DNA from: Alphaproteobacteria bacterium
GTDB taxonomy: Bacteria; Pseudomonadota; Alphaproteobacteria; Micavibrionales; UBA2020
Direction: 5' to 3'
Assembly: GCA_025934695.1 (NCBI GenBank)
Contig: JAICWS010000002.1
Location: forward strand, 770,230-834,229
Length of the DNA stretch: 64,000 nucleotides
The position numbers and the translations under genes were made by a program. This document shows positions 61,070-64,000 of this stretch, one piece after another (the stretch's first letter is position 1; every line of letters begins with the position of its first letter). The notes beneath the pieces are model-generated. The model was not told the origin of the DNA. It was given only the letters and a program-made list of their open reading frames with translations, and ran no database searches.

Positions 61070-61098
61070 AATATGGCAAGTTTTTGGCACGACGTCAA
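61070..61098 (-). promoter_or_regulatory. Candidate internal promoter in the only long spacer of the ankyrin array
   Basis: The minus strand reads TTGACG, 17-nt spacer, CATATT, ending about 30 nt upstream of the TTG 61037 start. Confidence 0.3.
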
Positions 61099-61138
61099 TT
61101 CTGTAAATTTGGCCAAAAATCAGCTTGTTAGGAAACGC

Positions 61139-62065
61139 CTACAGATTGAAGGATTTCTTCGCTGCCTTGTCGGCCGGATCTCCGCCCAGTTGCCGGAAGG
61201 CGTCCGCCGCCTGCGCGACCGCGGCATCGGACAGCATGTCGAACTTTTCCGCCGGTCCCATCGTCTCCGCGCCCGTCTTGAGGTTCTCGGTGATGACGAT
61301 GCGCTCGCGGGTCGCAAAGTTGAAAACTTGGGTGATCTTGCGCGCAAGGTCCGGGTAAACGCCGACATGGGCCGCCTTGTCCTCGCCCATGCGCTTCCAG
61401 GTCTCGCTGTCGGCGCAGGCTGCCGCCGGCGCTATCGTCGCGGCAGGAGCTGGCGCTTCTTTCCGGGGCGCCTTGAGCGCCGCGTCGATCATCGCCGCGA
61501 TGCGCGGTTTATTCTGACGCGCATAAGACGCAGGCGTGACTCCATCGGTTCCGGGAATATCGGGCCGCGCGCCCGCGTCCAGCAGGAATTGAACCATGGC
61601 GCCGCGATTTGACGCGACGGCGTAATAAAGTGGCGTACGTTCTTCCGTGGTATTGACGGGATCGATTAGGGCACCGCGCGAAATGAGGTCCTTCGCGGTG
61701 TCGAGATCGCCCAGATGAGCGGCCCAATGCAGTGCATATGAATATGTCGGAGCATGCGCATTGACGTCCGCCCCCGCCGCCATCAGGACTTTCGCGGCTT
61801 CAGGCTTTCCTTCGGAGACGGCAACGAACAGCGGCGTGGCGCCGATAGTGTTGCTGGCCTCAATGTCCGCCTTCATTTCGATCAGGAAGCGGAGCGCCTC
61901 GATCCGGCCATGCTTCGCCGCCAGGTGCAGGGCCGTATTGCCTTCCTTGTCGCGGACGCTGGCCGGCAGATATTCGGGAATATAATAGTCGTAGCAATAC
62001 TTCAGCTCGGCGACATCGCCCGCGGCGGCGGCTTTGAGGAATTTCTTCTGCGGCGATCCGAACAT
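61139..62065 (-). CDS. Ankyrin-repeat protein with conserved C-terminal module (array member 3)
   Basis: N-terminal MFGSPQKKFLKAAAAGD. ANK repeats (GNTALHLAAKHGRIEALRFLIEMKADIE...). C-terminal ETWKRMG...TQVFNFATRER...ENLKTGAE...LGG...KKSFNL. Confidence 0.88.
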   Translation of the reverse strand: MFGSPQKKFLKAAAAGDVAELKYCYDYYIPEYLPASVRDKEGNTALHLAAKHGRIEALRFLIEMKADIEASNTIGATPLFVAVSEGKPEAAKVLMAAGADVNAHAPTYSYALHWAAHLGDLDTAKDLISRGALIDPVNTTEERTPLYYAVASNRGAMVQFLLDAGARPDIPGTDGVTPASYARQNKPRIAAMIDAALKAPRKEAPAPAATIAPAAACADSETWKRMGEDKAAHVGVYPDLARKITQVFNFATRERIVITENLKTGAETMGPAEKFDMLSDAAVAQAADAFRQLGGDPADKAAKKSFNL

Positions 62066-62077
62066 GACGTCCTGCGC

Positions 62078-63025
62078 TTAAAGGTTGAAGGCTTTTTTGG
62101 CGCCCTTGTCGGGCTGCTCGCCGCCCAGCGACTTCAGCTTCTCGGCCGCCCGCGCGAGAATGTCGGGGGAAAGGGCGTCGAACTTTTCGGGCGGCGTCAT
62201 GGTCTCGGCCGCGGTCTTCAGGTTCTCGGTGATGACCGTGCGTTCGCCCGCGGTGAAATTGAAGATCTCGGTCAGCTTGCGGGAAATGGGCGGATAGACG
62301 TTGACATGCGCAAGCGTGTCCGGGGCCAGCAGCATCCAGCTCTCGCCCGCGACGATCGGCTCGTTTGCGGGCGCTTGTGCGGCTGCGGGCTGCGAGACCG
62401 GCACCGGCGCATGCATGCCGCGTTTCTGGGCCGCTTCGATCATTTCCTGCAGCGCCTTGCTACCGATCGCCTTCGCGCGGTCCCAGGCGACGTAATTGTT
62501 GCTGTCCTTCATGTCCGTGCGCGCCCCCTGGTCGAGCAGGAACTGCGCTTCGGGGTTGCGGCGGTTTTCGACCGCCATGTGCAGCGGCGTCTGGAGATAG
62601 CTGCGCGTCACCACGTTGAGGTCCGCGCCCGCGCCCGCCAGCGCCTTGACGGCATCGAGATCGCCGTTGCGCGCCGCCCAGTGCAGCGGATAATAATAGT
62701 CGTTGTCGTGCGCGCTGACGTTCGCGCCCGCCGCGACGAGAAGCTTCGTGGCCTCCGTGCAGCGGTTGTAGCAGGCCCACCACAGGGCGGTGCGTCCCGA
62801 ACTGTCGGCGATTTCCAGGTCGGCCTTCTTCGCGATCAGGATCTTCAGCGTGTCGACCGCGCCCGCCTTGGCCGCGAGGATCAGCGCCGTGCGGCCCGCG
62901 CCGCCGCGCACGTTGATGTCGTATTGCGAAGGAATGTCCTGCGACAGGCAGCGGTTGAGCTCGGCCACATCGCCGCCTGAGGCGGCATTGAGGAATTTTT
63001 TCTGCGGTGAGGATCCGAACATCAT
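62078..63025 (-). CDS. Ankyrin-repeat protein with conserved C-terminal module (array member 4)
   Basis: N-terminal MMFGSSPQKKFLNAASGGD. ANK repeats. C-terminal ESWMLLA...TEIFNFTAGER...ENLKTAAE...LGG...KKAFNL. Confidence 0.88.
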   Translation of the reverse strand: MMFGSSPQKKFLNAASGGDVAELNRCLSQDIPSQYDINVRGGAGRTALILAAKAGAVDTLKILIAKKADLEIADSSGRTALWWACYNRCTEATKLLVAAGANVSAHDNDYYYPLHWAARNGDLDAVKALAGAGADLNVVTRSYLQTPLHMAVENRRNPEAQFLLDQGARTDMKDSNNYVAWDRAKAIGSKALQEMIEAAQKRGMHAPVPVSQPAAAQAPANEPIVAGESWMLLAPDTLAHVNVYPPISRKLTEIFNFTAGERTVITENLKTAAETMTPPEKFDALSPDILARAAEKLKSLGGEQPDKGAKKAFNL

Positions 63026-63031
63026 TGCACC

Positions 63032-63940
63032 TTAAAGGTTAAAAGCTTTCTTCTGGCCGCGCTCGGGAGGCTGGCCGCCCAGGCTTTTCAGCCGGTCTTC
63101 GGCGCGTCCCACCACCTCCTCGCCCAGAGTTTCGAATTTTTCGGGCTGCGCCAGGCTTTCCGCGCCGGTCTTCAGGTTTTCTGCGATGATGACGCGCTCG
63201 CGGTTCTCGAAATTGAAGATCTCGGTGATCCGGCGGCCCATCGATGGATAGTCGGCGATATGCGCCACGCGCGCCGCGCCCATGAGCTTCCAGCTATCGC
63301 CATCTTCCGCCGGAGAAGTTTCGGCTTGCGGCGCTTTCTGTTTCGCGGCGGCGGTGATGATATTCAGGAGGCGGTCGGTTCTCTTGTCGCGCGCATGGTC
63401 GGCAGGCGTCTTGTTGTCGCGGTCGGCGATATCAGTGCGCGCGTGGCTCGCCATCAGGAATTCGACGACCGGCCCGTGGCCGTTGATGACCGCCCAATGG
63501 AGGGCGGTGCGGCCGGTTTCCTTGCTGACGGCATTCAGGTCGGCGCCCGCTGAAACAAGGTCTTTGACGACATCGAGCTGGCCGTAGCGCGCGGCGGTCA
63601 GCAGCGGCGAGACATAGCTGGTCGTATGCGTGTTGACGTCGGCGCCCGACGCGATCAGGAAACGCGCCACGGCGGTCTTGTCGTTGGTGATGGCGATGTG
63701 CAGCGGTGTCTTGCCGTCGCCGTCGGAGATGTTCAGGTCGGCCTTCGCTTCGACCAGCGCTTTGACCGCGTCAAGCTGGCCGCTTTCGGCCGCCAGATAC
63801 AAAGCCGTTTTACCGCTGCCGTTTTTGACGTCGACGCTGAAGTTGCCCGGAACCAGGGCGGAAAGGCAATATAGCAGCTCCGCCATGTCGCCTTTCGCCG
63901 CGGCCTTCAGAAAGGATTTTTTCGAGCTGATGAAAGCCAT
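63032..63940 (-). CDS. Ankyrin-repeat protein with conserved C-terminal module (array member 5)
   Basis: N-terminal MAFISSKKSFLKAAAKGD. ANK repeats (GKTALYLAAESGQLDAVKALVEAKADLN...). C-terminal DSWKLMG...TEIFNFENRER...ENLKTGAE...LGG...KKAFNL. Confidence 0.88.
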   Translation of the reverse strand: MAFISSKKSFLKAAAKGDMAELLYCLSALVPGNFSVDVKNGSGKTALYLAAESGQLDAVKALVEAKADLNISDGDGKTPLHIAITNDKTAVARFLIASGADVNTHTTSYVSPLLTAARYGQLDVVKDLVSAGADLNAVSKETGRTALHWAVINGHGPVVEFLMASHARTDIADRDNKTPADHARDKRTDRLLNIITAAAKQKAPQAETSPAEDGDSWKLMGAARVAHIADYPSMGRRITEIFNFENRERVIIAENLKTGAESLAQPEKFETLGEEVVGRAEDRLKSLGGQPPERGQKKAFNL

Positions 63941-63954
63941 TTACGATCGGTCCT

Positions 63955-64000
63955 TCAGAGATTGAATGTTTTCTTCGGCGCGTCGCCGCCGCCGCCCAGG
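63955..64000 (-). CDS. 3' end of a sixth array member (rest lies right of the window)
   Basis: The minus strand reads ...LGGGGDAPKKTFNL-stop (TGA at 63955-63957). This is the same LGG...KK-x-FNL ending as members 1, 3, 4 and 5. Confidence 0.6.
   Translation of the reverse strand, partial: LGGGGDAPKKTFNL

Noticed and set aside
59847-62980. Plus-strand ORFs 59847-61052 (401 aa) and 61754-62980 (408 aa) across the ankyrin array
   Set aside because: They are antisense to the ankyrin genes. The minus-strand products show textbook ANK repeats and a conserved module repeated in five paralogues. The plus-strand products are Arg/Gly/Asp-rich with no repeat structure.

Overview
High-GC, densely coding chromosomal segment with alphaproteobacterial gene order. 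The evidence for that placement is hdaA, the rpmH-rnpA-yidD-yidC-engB block, and a ctaC-ctaD-ctaB-(small ORF)-ctaG-ctaE-DUF983-SURF1 aa3 oxidase cluster. Most of the window is housekeeping: alaS 3' part, ndk, pfk, thrC, pyrD, rpsU, tRNA-Arg(CCG), the yejABEF peptide ABC importer and a fused indolepyruvate:ferredoxin oxidoreductase. I found no rRNA, CRISPR array, transposase or integrase. Five regions stand out. (1) The right end (58948-64000) carries at least six head-to-tail ankyrin-repeat paralogues. All end in the same gapless module of about 88 aa that I cannot assign to any family, usually finishing KK-x-FNL. This is the best candidate for something undescribed. (2) A lone 1061-aa DotA/TraY-like polytopic membrane protein (43101-46286) has no other type IVB secretion genes nearby. 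(3) Two paralogous HEMTH(I/V)WQYQN metallopeptidase-like genes are inserted antisense into the otherwise conserved cox cluster (34273-35818). (4) A kup-kdpD-kdpE operon encodes a KdpD-type kinase that lacks its N-terminal sensor half. (5) An operon of three unassignable genes lies at 56323-57708. Smaller items are a degenerate EAL protein, a pentapeptide-repeat/K+ channel fusion, an orphan RTX/T1SS substrate, several short genes missing from the ORF track (rpmH, two small membrane proteins), a dispersed GTCATTCC...GGAATGAC palindrome family, and a mini-ORF/sRNA candidate after engB. Many long ORFs in the track are antisense shadows typical of high-GC DNA and are rejected. All family assignments come from motif recognition by eye. 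No database search was run.
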